NCBI GenBank assembly: GCA_023379055.1
Contig: JAMCSX010000004.1
Location: 1-42,066 of the forward strand
DNA from: Candidatus Marsarchaeota archaeon
GTDB taxonomy: Archaea; Micrarchaeota; Micrarchaeia; Micrarchaeales; CABMGC01
Reading direction: 5' to 3'
DNA: 42,066 nt
Numbering within the stretch: position 1 is the first letter of the stretch; each line of letters starts with the position of its first letter. The position numbers and the translations under genes are program-made. Of this stretch, positions 28,982 through 38,603 are shown piece by piece. Under the pieces are notes generated by a model. It was not told the origin of the DNA. It saw only the letters and a list, made by a program, of their open reading frames with translations, and searched no databases.

Positions 28982-29827
28982 ATGGATTCCATCCGGAACT
29001 ACGCCAGCCTGATGCAGTTTAAGATAGTAGCGCTGCTTGTGCTATCGTCAGCTGCAGGCTTCGCTATCGCCTACAGAAGCTATCTTGGCGCATTTACGGC
29101 TTTCATATTTGTAGTAATAGGTATAACATTCAGTAGCTCCGGCGCGGAGGTGCTTAACAAGGTCCTCGAGAGGGATATTGACAGAAAGATGAACAGAACC
29201 CGCCAGCGCGCGTCAGTGACTGGGAAGATAGACCATAGAAATGGCATAATAGTGGGAATCGTTCTATCTGCAATAGGGATTGGACTCGGCTACATGGTTA
29301 ACGACTTAACTGCATTGATGATCCTCCTTGGATTCGCGTTCTACATAATCATATATACTGGGATACTGAAGACTAGAAGCAGGTTCAACATAATAGTGGG
29401 CAGCCTAGCCGGAAGCTTTTGCGTCTGGGCAGGAGTGACGGCAGCTGCTGGCACGATTACTATGCCTGGATTCCTTCTCGGGCTGCTTATCTTCCTATGG
29501 GTTCCGGGACATATCTGGTCGTTCGCAATAAAGTACCGAAAGGATTATATCCGGGCTGGGGTGCCAATGCTCACCGCGGTTGAAAGCACAAGCACCGGAA
29601 CGAAGGTCATCGCATTCTTCAACATACTTATGGCAGCCTTCTCTGCACTCCTTATACCCTACCTTGGGGTTTACTACATCGTGATACTGGCAATACCTCT
29701 TGCTGTTCTTCTATGCCTGAGTTTTAAGACTTTGGTAGACAGCTCAGCTACATGGATCCTATTCAAGTTCTCATCTGTATTTCTGACGTTCGTCTTCCTT
29801 GCAGTGATCGTGGCAAGACTACTCTGA
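28982..29827 (+). CDS. cyoE: protoheme IX farnesyltransferase (heme O synthase)
   Basis: N...ERDIDRKMNRT..R, Y...YT..LK.R...NI..G..AG, W.PGH.W..A.KY..DY..AG.PML. Confidence 0.92.
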   Translation: MDSIRNYASLMQFKIVALLVLSSAAGFAIAYRSYLGAFTAFIFVVIGITFSSSGAEVLNKVLERDIDRKMNRTRQRASVTGKIDHRNGIIVGIVLSAIGIGLGYMVNDLTALMILLGFAFYIIIYTGILKTRSRFNIIVGSLAGSFCVWAGVTAAAGTITMPGFLLGLLIFLWVPGHIWSFAIKYRKDYIRAGVPMLTAVESTSTGTKVIAFFNILMAAFSALLIPYLGVYYIVILAIPLAVLLCLSFKTLVDSSATWILFKFSSVFLTFVFLAVIVARLL

Positions 29828-30046
29828 CCATCTCAACATCCCAGTCCTATGAACTAACTCTGGCAATGTCGGAAGAGACCCGACACTCCCCCTCACCACA
29901 TTGCTGCACCAATGTCCTGTCTCACTATCTATCAAAATCTTTATCAGGAATTTTCGTATACTCAAGTAAAATCACTTATACTGGTGGCTCCCGCATTTAC
30001 GATTAATTAAATAAATATGAACGCAAAATGTCAATGGGAATGCGTA

Positions 30047-30391
30047 ATGAATATGGGACTAGATTTTGACGACACGATAACCGTTAATCCAAGATTTTTC
30101 AGCAAATTTACCAATGACCTATCCAAGCACGGCAATAAGATATACATAATCTCCTCATGTGATAAAATAAGCGAGCCTTTTTTTGAGGAAATGTTTGAAA
30201 ACAAGACAAGAAGGTTAAAGGAGTGGCACATACTCTACGAAGCACTTGAGCTCGTAAAGGAGCCTGTGCCAGAAAATAAGGCATTGCTGTGCAAGAAACT
30301 CAACATATCCGTTATGATAGACAATGACCGAGAAAACCTGACTGCGATAAAGGGTCTTGATAAAGCAATACTCTGTCTGCAGGTAATATGA
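30047..30391 (+). CDS. small capless HAD-superfamily protein
   Basis: GLDFDDTI, IISS, NKA..C..L.I...IDND. Confidence 0.75.
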   Translation: MNMGLDFDDTITVNPRFFSKFTNDLSKHGNKIYIISSCDKISEPFFEEMFENKTRRLKEWHILYEALELVKEPVPENKALLCKKLNISVMIDNDRENLTAIKGLDKAILCLQVI

Positions 30392-31719
30392 TGGCAAGAA
30401 GGATAAAGCTAGGCATCGTGTCACAGACGCCTGTAATAAGGTTCACAAAAAGCATGCGCACAGCAGATTCCATAAGGCTATCCGACATAGACCGTTCAAC
30501 CTACATGTACACTGTGGGAGGCGTAACTCCCATGGTAATGTCACAGCTTAAGGGACTGCTCAATGAGAAGGTAATATCCGGCGCAGTATGGTTCTCATTA
30601 AATCAGGACGCCCCCAGCCACATATCAATATCTAGGCTTCTCGACGCAATAAACATCTCGCTTTCACCAGAAAGCAGAAGCGATTATGCTAATTTTAAGC
30701 AGATACTCTGGGACAATGTGCATAATATAAGCTCACGCAATTTCAGCACAAGGGAGTATCTTGGCTATTTCAGGTACAACTCAAAACTTGCTAGGACAAT
30801 ACTCCAGGACTATGGAAAAATAGACCTTTTCGAGATACACGATTTCCAGCAACTCCTTCTAGGCGCAATGCTTGGGCCGTCATTTCCCACGGTATTCCGG
30901 TGGCATATACCATTCATTCCGGAGATACTCAATCCAAAGATCAGGAAATTCATAATAAACGGGATGGAAGGCAATGATGCCATAATAGTCAGTACGAGAA
31001 GGAATCTGGAAGGGTTGATAAGGTCCGGGTTCAAGGGAAAGGCGTATCAGATATACCCTCATCTTGATCCGTCCATATTCAAGAGGCCCACCAGATCTGA
31101 ACTTGAGGAATTTGTGGATAAATACGGAATCAATAAAGATGACTTCGTTGTACTTAATGTTGCAAGAATGGATAGCATGAAGTCTCAAGATGATCTCATC
31201 AAGTCCATTTCATTGATAAATGACAAGAAAGTAAAGTTGATGTTGGTGGGCAATGGTTCATTTACGTCAAACTCTCTGGGGCTCTCAAAAGGGGGTGAAT
31301 GGAAGGCATACCTTGAAGGTCTCGTTAAAAAATTTGGGATGGAAAATAGGGTCATATTCACAGGATATATGTCTTCTGAGCATCTGAGGTCAGCATATGA
31401 GCGAGCTGACCTGTTTGTGCTGCCTTCCAGGTCAGAAGGTTTTGGGCTTGTAGCTGTAGAGGCATGGTTATATGACACTCCGACCATAATAAGCAACGGA
31501 GCAGGGGTATCTGAGCTTGTGGTAAAAGGCCTGAATGGGGATACATATAAATCCGGAGATTACAAGGAGCTATCCGTGCACATCAAAAGGTTCTACAGAC
31601 ATTCTCAGCTTAGGGAGGAGATAGGGATAAATGCACATCGGATGGCAAGGTCATGTTTTATATCCACCGCACTTCCTGCACTCAAATCAATATATGCGAA
31701 GACTATCGCCGACTTCTAA
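30388..31719 (+). CDS. GT4 glycosyltransferase, trehalose synthase TreT-like
   Basis: TVGGV, IHDFQQ, RWHIPF, VARMD..K, SEGFGL...EA. Confidence 0.8.
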   Translation: MMARRIKLGIVSQTPVIRFTKSMRTADSIRLSDIDRSTYMYTVGGVTPMVMSQLKGLLNEKVISGAVWFSLNQDAPSHISISRLLDAINISLSPESRSDYANFKQILWDNVHNISSRNFSTREYLGYFRYNSKLARTILQDYGKIDLFEIHDFQQLLLGAMLGPSFPTVFRWHIPFIPEILNPKIRKFIINGMEGNDAIIVSTRRNLEGLIRSGFKGKAYQIYPHLDPSIFKRPTRSELEEFVDKYGINKDDFVVLNVARMDSMKSQDDLIKSISLINDKKVKLMLVGNGSFTSNSLGLSKGGEWKAYLEGLVKKFGMENRVIFTGYMSSEHLRSAYERADLFVLPSRSEGFGLVAVEAWLYDTPTIISNGAGVSELVVKGLNGDTYKSGDYKELSVHIKRFYRHSQLREEIGINAHRMARSCFISTALPALKSIYAKTIADF

Positions 31720-31757
31720 TTATTTAAGCATATACTAACCAATATCTTCAGTATTCC

Positions 31758-33056
31758 ATGATAAGCACTAGTTTATTGTTCATATTTCTGGCAGGCATAG
31801 CCTTTCTTGGATTCATAATTAGCATATTCTCGAGCAAGATCAGAATAACAAAAACTATGCCATTGATGATTATAGGTCTGATTGCAGGTCCTGTCCTCGG
31901 AGCGGTAGCCACCGGGCCTACCAGCACAATATCAAAGCTCTCCCCGATCATAACATCGATAGCAATAGCATTTATACTCTTTGATGTTGGCATTAACATG
32001 GACCTGTCAAAGCTCTCTAAGGTCATAAAGCTTTCTACTGCGTTCACACTTATGCTGGCGATATCTACCGGCATCGTGCTTGGCGTAATAGCATACCTGA
32101 CTTTTCACTGGACTCTGATAGAATCACTCATATTCGGATTCGCATTGAGCGGCCCGAGCAGCATAATAGTGCCGACGCTGATGAAGTCCATAAGCGCAAA
32201 AAGCGAGATGAAAACTGCACTTGTATACGAGAGCGTAGCATCAGACTCCGTAGAGCTTATAATTCCTATCCTCCTGCTCAAGGTAATGTTAAGCGCAAAT
32301 CCCACAATAACCTTGGTGGCTATGATGGTGTTTGACGCGATAGCAGGATCTATAATCTTTGGCACCGCCCTTGCACTTCTATGGCTGTATCTGCTTAAGA
32401 GATTTGGCAGCCTCGGCAGGAACTACGGCTGGACCCTTACAATAACAATGGTGATAGCAACCTATGGCCTCGCGCAGCAATTCGGGTTCAATGGCGCATT
32501 TACGATATTCGTGTTTAGCCTTGCGTTTGCAAACATAGGCAATCTATCCACTAAGATATACCGACTGACAGCGAATCCCAGATCAAAGACCTCGATACCC
32601 GAGGAGATAATGTCTAAATATTTCAGTTTTCCTGATGTGTCATACATAAAGAACTACCACAAGGAGATAGAGTTCTTTACAAGCACATTCTTCTTCGTGT
32701 ACATAGGACTGCTTTTTACAATATCAGGAATAAGCACTACGCTTATTGCAGTTTCAGTAATAGCCACAGTTATAATTATAGCATTAAGATACCTATTCTT
32801 CCCCATCCTCAAAAAGTTTGCATCTTCCGACGTGAACGAGTTCAATGCCACGCGGGCAATGGTGGCCTTTGACATCCCCCGCGGTCTTTCCCCTGCAATA
32901 GTTGCAACATTGCCACTCGCGCTGGGAATAATAATACCAAATTTCCTAAACCAGATATTTATGGTAATATTTGTCACGAACCTTATATCAACAATAGGCA
33001 TGTTCTTAGTCTACCGCAAAAAACGCATTAATCCGGCGATTCTGGTTCAGACCTAG
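31758..33056 (+). CDS. cation/H+ antiporter (CPA1, NhaP-like)
   Basis: ILFD.G, L..ES..SD, FF..TFFFV.IG, PRGL..A..A. Confidence 0.9.
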   Translation: MISTSLLFIFLAGIAFLGFIISIFSSKIRITKTMPLMIIGLIAGPVLGAVATGPTSTISKLSPIITSIAIAFILFDVGINMDLSKLSKVIKLSTAFTLMLAISTGIVLGVIAYLTFHWTLIESLIFGFALSGPSSIIVPTLMKSISAKSEMKTALVYESVASDSVELIIPILLLKVMLSANPTITLVAMMVFDAIAGSIIFGTALALLWLYLLKRFGSLGRNYGWTLTITMVIATYGLAQQFGFNGAFTIFVFSLAFANIGNLSTKIYRLTANPRSKTSIPEEIMSKYFSFPDVSYIKNYHKEIEFFTSTFFFVYIGLLFTISGISTTLIAVSVIATVIIIALRYLFFPILKKFASSDVNEFNATRAMVAFDIPRGLSPAIVATLPLALGIIIPNFLNQIFMVIFVTNLISTIGMFLVYRKKRINPAILVQT

Positions 33057-34186
33057 CTACTGTGATCAAACGCATTCGCAGCTCCGTCCTGTTCAAAGTT
33101 GTTCACTTCTTTTTGGTCCGTTATTAGGCGTGTGCTCTTCATAAGCTTCTGATATTTCCATTGCGGCTCATATATAATGTCCAGGTCTTCGAGCGTGAAT
33201 CCGCGGTTTCTCCCCCTGCACAGCTCAAGTATATCATTGACAAGAACGTCTGAAGATGTTGGGCCCCTTGGAGATTCGGATGCAATAACCTTGCCCCCTA
33301 TCCCCTCGAGCAGCTCCCAGAATCCTCTGTTTTCCGTTTCAAACTCTACTTCAGAGTCTATAAAGTGGAGGTCAAGGCATTGGCCACTCTCAAATAGGAA
33401 CCGCATTGATTTAGTTCCACTGGTCTTTAGTCCCATACCAACTCTTATATGTGCATACGCATTTTCAGCAAAGAACATGCCATCTATCTTAACCTTTGCA
33501 TATACCCCGGTAGGGTTTACCCTGTCATACTCCTGGTTAACTATTAATGCACTTATGTCCTCAAGCTCAAGGGTCTTTGCAAGCGCACCTTTGTAATAAG
33601 TCTCAAACGGATGCATGAGGTCCATGAATATCCCCCCATTCTTGGGATTCAGAAGCCAAAGCCTCCTCATCCTGACATCGTCAACCTCCTTCTCGAATAA
33701 CGTGGTGGAAGTAGATAGTATCTTTCCATACTCTTTAGTAAATCTCTTAAGCATATCGGGCAGCTGGAGTGTTAGTAGCTTATGAGCATAGTGAAGGTGT
33801 AGATAAGACCTGTTTTCTAAATTATTTGCCTTTATGTAATTCATCACATTCTCAAACTCCTCACGGTTTACTCCATAAGTCTTCTCAGTTATCGTTATCT
33901 TACCCTTCTTCAGCGATTGAAGTGTCTGTGCCGCGTGGAATTCATTCGGATCGGAGATATGCACTATATCAACTCCATCAAAGAATTCCTCAGGAACGGG
34001 TCTTCCTGGCTCTATCCTATAGTAGTCGAAGTCCGGGAGTTTAAGCCTTTCAAGCTGCGCCTTATGCTTCTCAAGTCCGCTTGCACTTGCAACTTTTATA
34101 AGCTCTATTTCATCTGTCTTTATCATGCCTTTGTGTAGTCTCTCAAACCAATGTCCTATTCCAATCACTCCAATAGTATGCGTCAA
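33053..34186 (-). CDS. Gfo/Idh/MocA-family NAD(P)-dependent oxidoreductase
   Basis: IGVIGIGHW Rossmann, ISDPNEFH, TEKT, GGIFMDLMHP; TTG start at 34186 after AGTGA (ATG 34225 is an alternative). Confidence 0.8.
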   Translation of the reverse strand: MTHTIGVIGIGHWFERLHKGMIKTDEIELIKVASASGLEKHKAQLERLKLPDFDYYRIEPGRPVPEEFFDGVDIVHISDPNEFHAAQTLQSLKKGKITITEKTYGVNREEFENVMNYIKANNLENRSYLHLHYAHKLLTLQLPDMLKRFTKEYGKILSTSTTLFEKEVDDVRMRRLWLLNPKNGGIFMDLMHPFETYYKGALAKTLELEDISALIVNQEYDRVNPTGVYAKVKIDGMFFAENAYAHIRVGMGLKTSGTKSMRFLFESGQCLDLHFIDSEVEFETENRGFWELLEGIGGKVIASESPRGPTSSDVLVNDILELCRGRNRGFTLEDLDIIYEPQWKYQKLMKSTRLITDQKEVNNFEQDGAANAFDHSS

Positions 34187-34190
34187 TGAA

Positions 34191-35105
34191 TCACTTTTTC
34201 TTAATCTGGTGGCCACCGAATTCATGCCTTAGCGCAGCTATTATCCTGTCAGCAAACCTCTTCTGTGACCTTGAATTGAAACGCTCGTAGAGCGAACTCG
34301 ATATGGCATTAAACGGTATGCTATACTCTATGGCCTCCTTGACAGACCATCTCCCCTCTCCAGTATCCTCAACATACGGCGCTACGTCGTCCAGATGCTG
34401 ATCACCCTCAAGTGCCTTCTCTGCAAGTTCCATGAGATAACCCCTTATCACTGATCCATTTTTCCACAGCCCGGCAAGACCCGAGATATCCAAGTCCCCG
34501 CTGAACGGCCCGTTCTCGAGAAGGTCAAATCCCTCGCCTATGGACTGCATCATGCCATATTCTATTGCATTATGCACCATCTTTGTAAAGTGTCCAGATC
34601 CTGGCCTTCCGGTGTACATATATCCATTCTTTACGCTCAGGTCACTGAAGAGGGATTCAACACTGTCAAATGACTTCTTGTCACCTCCTACCATTATGCA
34701 CATGCCGTTAAGCGCACCGCTTGGACCTCCGCTGCACCCTGCATCAAGGTATGCTATACCATTCCTCTTCAGCTCTTCATGCAACACAACAGACTCCTTG
34801 TAATATGAATTTGATCCGTCTATGATAATGTCCCCATTCCCGCAATATCCTGCAATTTCCCTTATTATCTCAATTGTAGGTCCTCCTGCAGTGAGCATAA
34901 CCCATATTATCCTACTGCCCTGCTTCATCCCATTCACAAGCTCACGCAGCGAATCCGCCTTCTTCGCACCATTTGCCCCAACTTCCTCAAGAGGTTCAGG
35001 CGACCTGTTGTAAGCGATTACTCCGTATCCCTTCCCAAGCATCTGCAGGGCTATGTTCTTACCCATCTTCCCCAAGCCTACGATTCCTACATTCTTTGCA
35101 TCCAT
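34191..35105 (-). CDS. gnd: 6-phosphogluconate dehydrogenase, decarboxylating (short form)
   Basis: GLGKMG, IDGSNS, D.G.SGG..GA, GSGHF.KMVHNAIEYG.MQ, DTGEGRW, LR.EFGGH. Confidence 0.95.
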   Translation of the reverse strand: MDAKNVGIVGLGKMGKNIALQMLGKGYGVIAYNRSPEPLEEVGANGAKKADSLRELVNGMKQGSRIIWVMLTAGGPTIEIIREIAGYCGNGDIIIDGSNSYYKESVVLHEELKRNGIAYLDAGCSGGPSGALNGMCIMVGGDKKSFDSVESLFSDLSVKNGYMYTGRPGSGHFTKMVHNAIEYGMMQSIGEGFDLLENGPFSGDLDISGLAGLWKNGSVIRGYLMELAEKALEGDQHLDDVAPYVEDTGEGRWSVKEAIEYSIPFNAISSSLYERFNSRSQKRFADRIIAALRHEFGGHQIKKK

Positions 35106-35188
35106 CAAAACCACTACGGAACCGCAGAAAATCCCGCAATCAGGAATTGGCAGTATTTCCTTATAAACCTATATTGCATCTATAGATC

Positions 35189-35761
35189 ATGTCAAATAAA
35201 ATCCGGCATAGCAGTTGCTCTGAAAAGGATCTGTTCATGGGCTACTTCTACGGTGAGTTCACAGAGCATCTTGCAAGGATCAAGCTCTCTGGCATGCTTC
35301 AGAAGGGACGCGAATTCATTGACGGCCACGAGCCGTTTGAGGCGCCTAATTTCTCGGCGTTGCATTCGCAGAGAGGCATTAGGCCGAAGAATCTTGACCT
35401 TGTGGAGATAGACAGTGCAACTGGCATAGTAAAGGCCATATACGAAGTGAAAAGCACCTTGTCAAGTGATAAGCGGGAATTCGAAGTGAATGGCCAGTGC
35501 GGGATGTTCATGGAGCTTGCAAGGAACCTGCAGATACCAACCTATCTTGTCGTAGTGCGATTGGACAGGGAGATAAATCCCGATGTGCTTAAAGAAAATG
35601 GTAGCGACATAACCATTGACCATACAACATACTCTGAGGAAATCCGCCACTTTCTAAGCAATGCCAGGTTTGAATTATACGATAATGGCCAATTCAGAAT
35701 CCGAGAAGGAAAGTTCTCGATCTCCGACCTTCCCAGAATACTATGGAGAAAAAGACAATAG
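35189..35761 (+). CDS. hypothetical protein, possible PD-(D/E)XK nuclease
   Basis: GEFTE..., NLDLVEID...IYEVKS motif. Confidence 0.6.
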   Translation: MSNKIRHSSCSEKDLFMGYFYGEFTEHLARIKLSGMLQKGREFIDGHEPFEAPNFSALHSQRGIRPKNLDLVEIDSATGIVKAIYEVKSTLSSDKREFEVNGQCGMFMELARNLQIPTYLVVVRLDREINPDVLKENGSDITIDHTTYSEEIRHFLSNARFELYDNGQFRIREGKFSISDLPRILWRKRQ

Positions 35762-35884
35762 GTATGCTGTAACGGTTACCATGGTCCTAAGCTCCTGATT
35801 TCTCTATGGCGTTTGGGCTTAAAAGTCTCTGACCTGTTACATATGCCTTTTTCGAGCCTTACAAAATGTTAAGTTCAAAAGAAA

Positions 35885-36445
35885 CTATCTGCGTACCACG
35901 CCTCTTAATACTCCTATCTCAGTTTCATCAAGGTCATTATTCCTATCCATAAACTTCTGCATGTCAGCTAGCGAAGTCATTGTAAGCACCTGGCTTGTGC
36001 TTATCACATCTCTCCATATGTCCTTGAATGCCTCAGAATCGATAAATCTTTTGCTGGCATACCTGTTGTTTTCGATAAGGCTTAGGAGCCCTTTCATTCC
36101 AGTCTCATATCTTTCCATTACATCGAAGACAAGTGCAGTCCTCTCTGTTGTAGATCCCTCCGGCTTATGTGCACTTAATTTGAACATGGTGTCCTTTACA
36201 GTTTCTGCAGTCATCCTATACAGATAGTCTTCCACATCCTTCACAGGCACAAATCCAGTAAAAGGGTTCTTCCTTATTGCTCTAAGAAGCTCCCTCGTTA
36301 CGGGTACCTCATCAAATCCACGTGTTTTTCTGTTCAACTGAAGATATTTCTCTTCCTTTAACATTCTGTATAATCTGTCCAGCGCAGCATCCTCAATATC
36401 CATTTTTGAAGACTTCGCACCGACGCCTTTCTTGCCTATAACCAT
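35885..36445 (-). CDS. hypothetical protein
   Basis: 186-aa ORF with typical codon pattern. Confidence 0.7.
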   Translation of the reverse strand: MVIGKKGVGAKSSKMDIEDAALDRLYRMLKEEKYLQLNRKTRGFDEVPVTRELLRAIRKNPFTGFVPVKDVEDYLYRMTAETVKDTMFKLSAHKPEGSTTERTALVFDVMERYETGMKGLLSLIENNRYASKRFIDSEAFKDIWRDVISTSQVLTMTSLADMQKFMDRNNDLDETEIGVLRGVVRR

Positions 36446-36522
36446 CTTGATCCCAACCCCAAACGTATATAATCTCTAATACACCTATTTAAGCAATATC
36501 TGCAGATTTTAGGTAGAAAACA

Positions 36523-36984
36523 ATGTATCCTTCCAGGGCTGTTATTGCAATTGCCCTAATTGCCATAATTTTGCTATTATTGCTTGTTCATGCCCGGGCC
36601 CATACTGCGCAATTTCCAGGTTTCACTTTCAACAACAAGACATGGGCCTTCACATATATTGCAACTACTCCTGCAGAATGGGATTCGGGCCTGATGAACA
36701 AGACCGTAGGGAACAACACCTTCGAGCTCTTTGTGTTTCCCAAGCCCGCAATATACCCATTCTGGATGAAGAATACCTACTATCCTTTAGATATGATATG
36801 GATAAACGGCAGCAAAGTTGTCTATGTTGCACATGCTATTCCATGCATATCTTACAGTATCACGCAATCAAACTGCACCATCTACAACCTTAAATATGTT
36901 GCAGACTACGTGATTGAGGCCAGATCCGGATTTACAAATTCCACTGGCCTTGTGGTAGGCAGCACTGTGCATATAATTACCTGA
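36523..36984 (+). CDS. DUF192-family exported protein
   Basis: Signal peptide; A.T..E...GLM, LFVF, FWMKNT..PLD.IW, YVIE..G. Confidence 0.9.
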   Translation: MYPSRAVIAIALIAIILLLLLVHARAHTAQFPGFTFNNKTWAFTYIATTPAEWDSGLMNKTVGNNTFELFVFPKPAIYPFWMKNTYYPLDMIWINGSKVVYVAHAIPCISYSITQSNCTIYNLKYVADYVIEARSGFTNSTGLVVGSTVHIIT

Positions 36985-38596
36985 ACTTCGAAGCAAAATC
37001 ATCTGAATCAAGCCTTGACAATCTGACTGCATCATCAAACCTATCCGAGTATTCCTTGTATTTTTTATCATTCACTACCACTACTGTCTTGGAATACTTT
37101 CCCTTCCTGGATTCCACCATCTTTACGGTCGATTCAAGATCTTTGCTTCCTGTCTCGTATTCTATTGCAATGCTCTTTCCATTGCAGAAGGCTACAATAT
37201 CCGGTCCATAAGAATTGTTGTATACCCTATTCTTAACCCCTATCGAGAGCAAGTGTGCGCTTATCATTTTTACTGCTACATCATGCTCGGCGCTGTTGTG
37301 GCTTTCAGAAATATACCATACTCCGGAATACCTACCGCAGTCCATAACGCATGACCTGATCTTCCCACATTTCGTCAGGGACTCTAATTCTGCTTCTATA
37401 TCCGCATCACCATGCATCTTAAGGACTTCTCTAAGTCCAGTGACATTAATGCCATCCCTTGCAGCCTGAAGTATGGAGAAACTTATATTATCTTCGCTCC
37501 TAACTCCCTCAAATCTTACTATAAACGGATTCCTTCCCTGGGCTTTTGACACTATGCCATATCCCCTGCGAAGATTCCTTACCGCTTTCTTGACCTCTAT
37601 ATATCTGCCCATCTCATTTCCTCCTGCAATGAAGTTAGATATATAATTTAGCTCTTCCGGCTCCCTCACATTAAACGATATGAACATGGCAGCATTTCCG
37701 CGAAGGTCATTGTCTATTGGCTTTGCCCTTTGCGACACCGCTATAATCCCGACGCCGTATTTCCTGCCCTCTGCAGCAAGCTTGCCTATTATCGGATTAT
37801 CACCAAGCTTCTCAGCCTCGTCTATTACAATGTAAAGCATCCCAGAGTCTTTGTGCCTGCATGAGAGCATATATGAATATACTTTCCTGAGAAATCCCTC
37901 TATGTATATGCTCTGCGCCTCTGGCGTGTGCAGGCCAGACAGGAGAAATATGCTGTTCATGGAGACTACCTCATTCATACCTACACTCCTGTGAAATGCG
38001 CCAGTATCAAGCAAGGATAGTCTCCTTTCGATTCCTTCAAGCACATTTTTTTCAGAAGTAGTATTTGAATTCCTCTTAAATATCTTCACCGAGTATATGA
38101 GATCATGTATGTTGGGCGTTCTGCCCCTTGCAGACATTACGTTGTAGGTGTACATTATGCACCTGTAAAGCGTATATCCTTGCACCTCCCCGAGTCTGAA
38201 GTTTCTCTTAAGCATTCCTGTTATCTCGCTTGCACGCTCACGCTCGCTTATGCCATCAAGGTCAAAGATATTTATTCCGTTTGTCGAGGCATCGTATATT
38301 TCTGCAGATATGCGCTTTGATATTCCTATATACTCATTATGGGGGTCAAGTATTGCAATTTTTGTACCAGATTCGTGCAGAGATATTACAATCGACTTTG
38401 TTGCATTAGACTTTCCCACCCCGCTCTCGCCAACTATCACTGTGTGGGGGTTTATTCCCTCGTAGGGATTAATGGAGAATCTAGAGAAGTATCTTTTCTT
38501 CCATCTCCATGCCCGTTCACCAAAACAAAAAGATTTAAATCCAAGTTCACTAACAACATTTCCAATAACCATGTTTTTTTTGTTCATAAAAACCAC
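36977..38596 (-). CDS. HerA/FtsK-superfamily ATPase fused to wHTH-like and PD-(D/E)XK-like domains
   Basis: NPHTVIVGESGVGKS, LDPHNEY, IDEAE, EGRKYG..SQR; C-terminal SAEH...GPDIV...IAIEYETGSK. Confidence 0.85.
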   Translation of the reverse strand: MVFMNKKNMVIGNVVSELGFKSFCFGERAWRWKKRYFSRFSINPYEGINPHTVIVGESGVGKSNATKSIVISLHESGTKIAILDPHNEYIGISKRISAEIYDASTNGINIFDLDGISERERASEITGMLKRNFRLGEVQGYTLYRCIMYTYNVMSARGRTPNIHDLIYSVKIFKRNSNTTSEKNVLEGIERRLSLLDTGAFHRSVGMNEVVSMNSIFLLSGLHTPEAQSIYIEGFLRKVYSYMLSCRHKDSGMLYIVIDEAEKLGDNPIIGKLAAEGRKYGVGIIAVSQRAKPIDNDLRGNAAMFISFNVREPEELNYISNFIAGGNEMGRYIEVKKAVRNLRRGYGIVSKAQGRNPFIVRFEGVRSEDNISFSILQAARDGINVTGLREVLKMHGDADIEAELESLTKCGKIRSCVMDCGRYSGVWYISESHNSAEHDVAVKMISAHLLSIGVKNRVYNNSYGPDIVAFCNGKSIAIEYETGSKDLESTVKMVESRKGKYSKTVVVVNDKKYKEYSDRFDDAVRLSRLDSDDFASKFR

Positions 38597-38603
38597 GTTT
38601 TTT

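Noticed and set aside
29860-29910. Hairpin TGTCGG/CCGACA after cyoE
   Set aside because: Short, with no U-tract or family match
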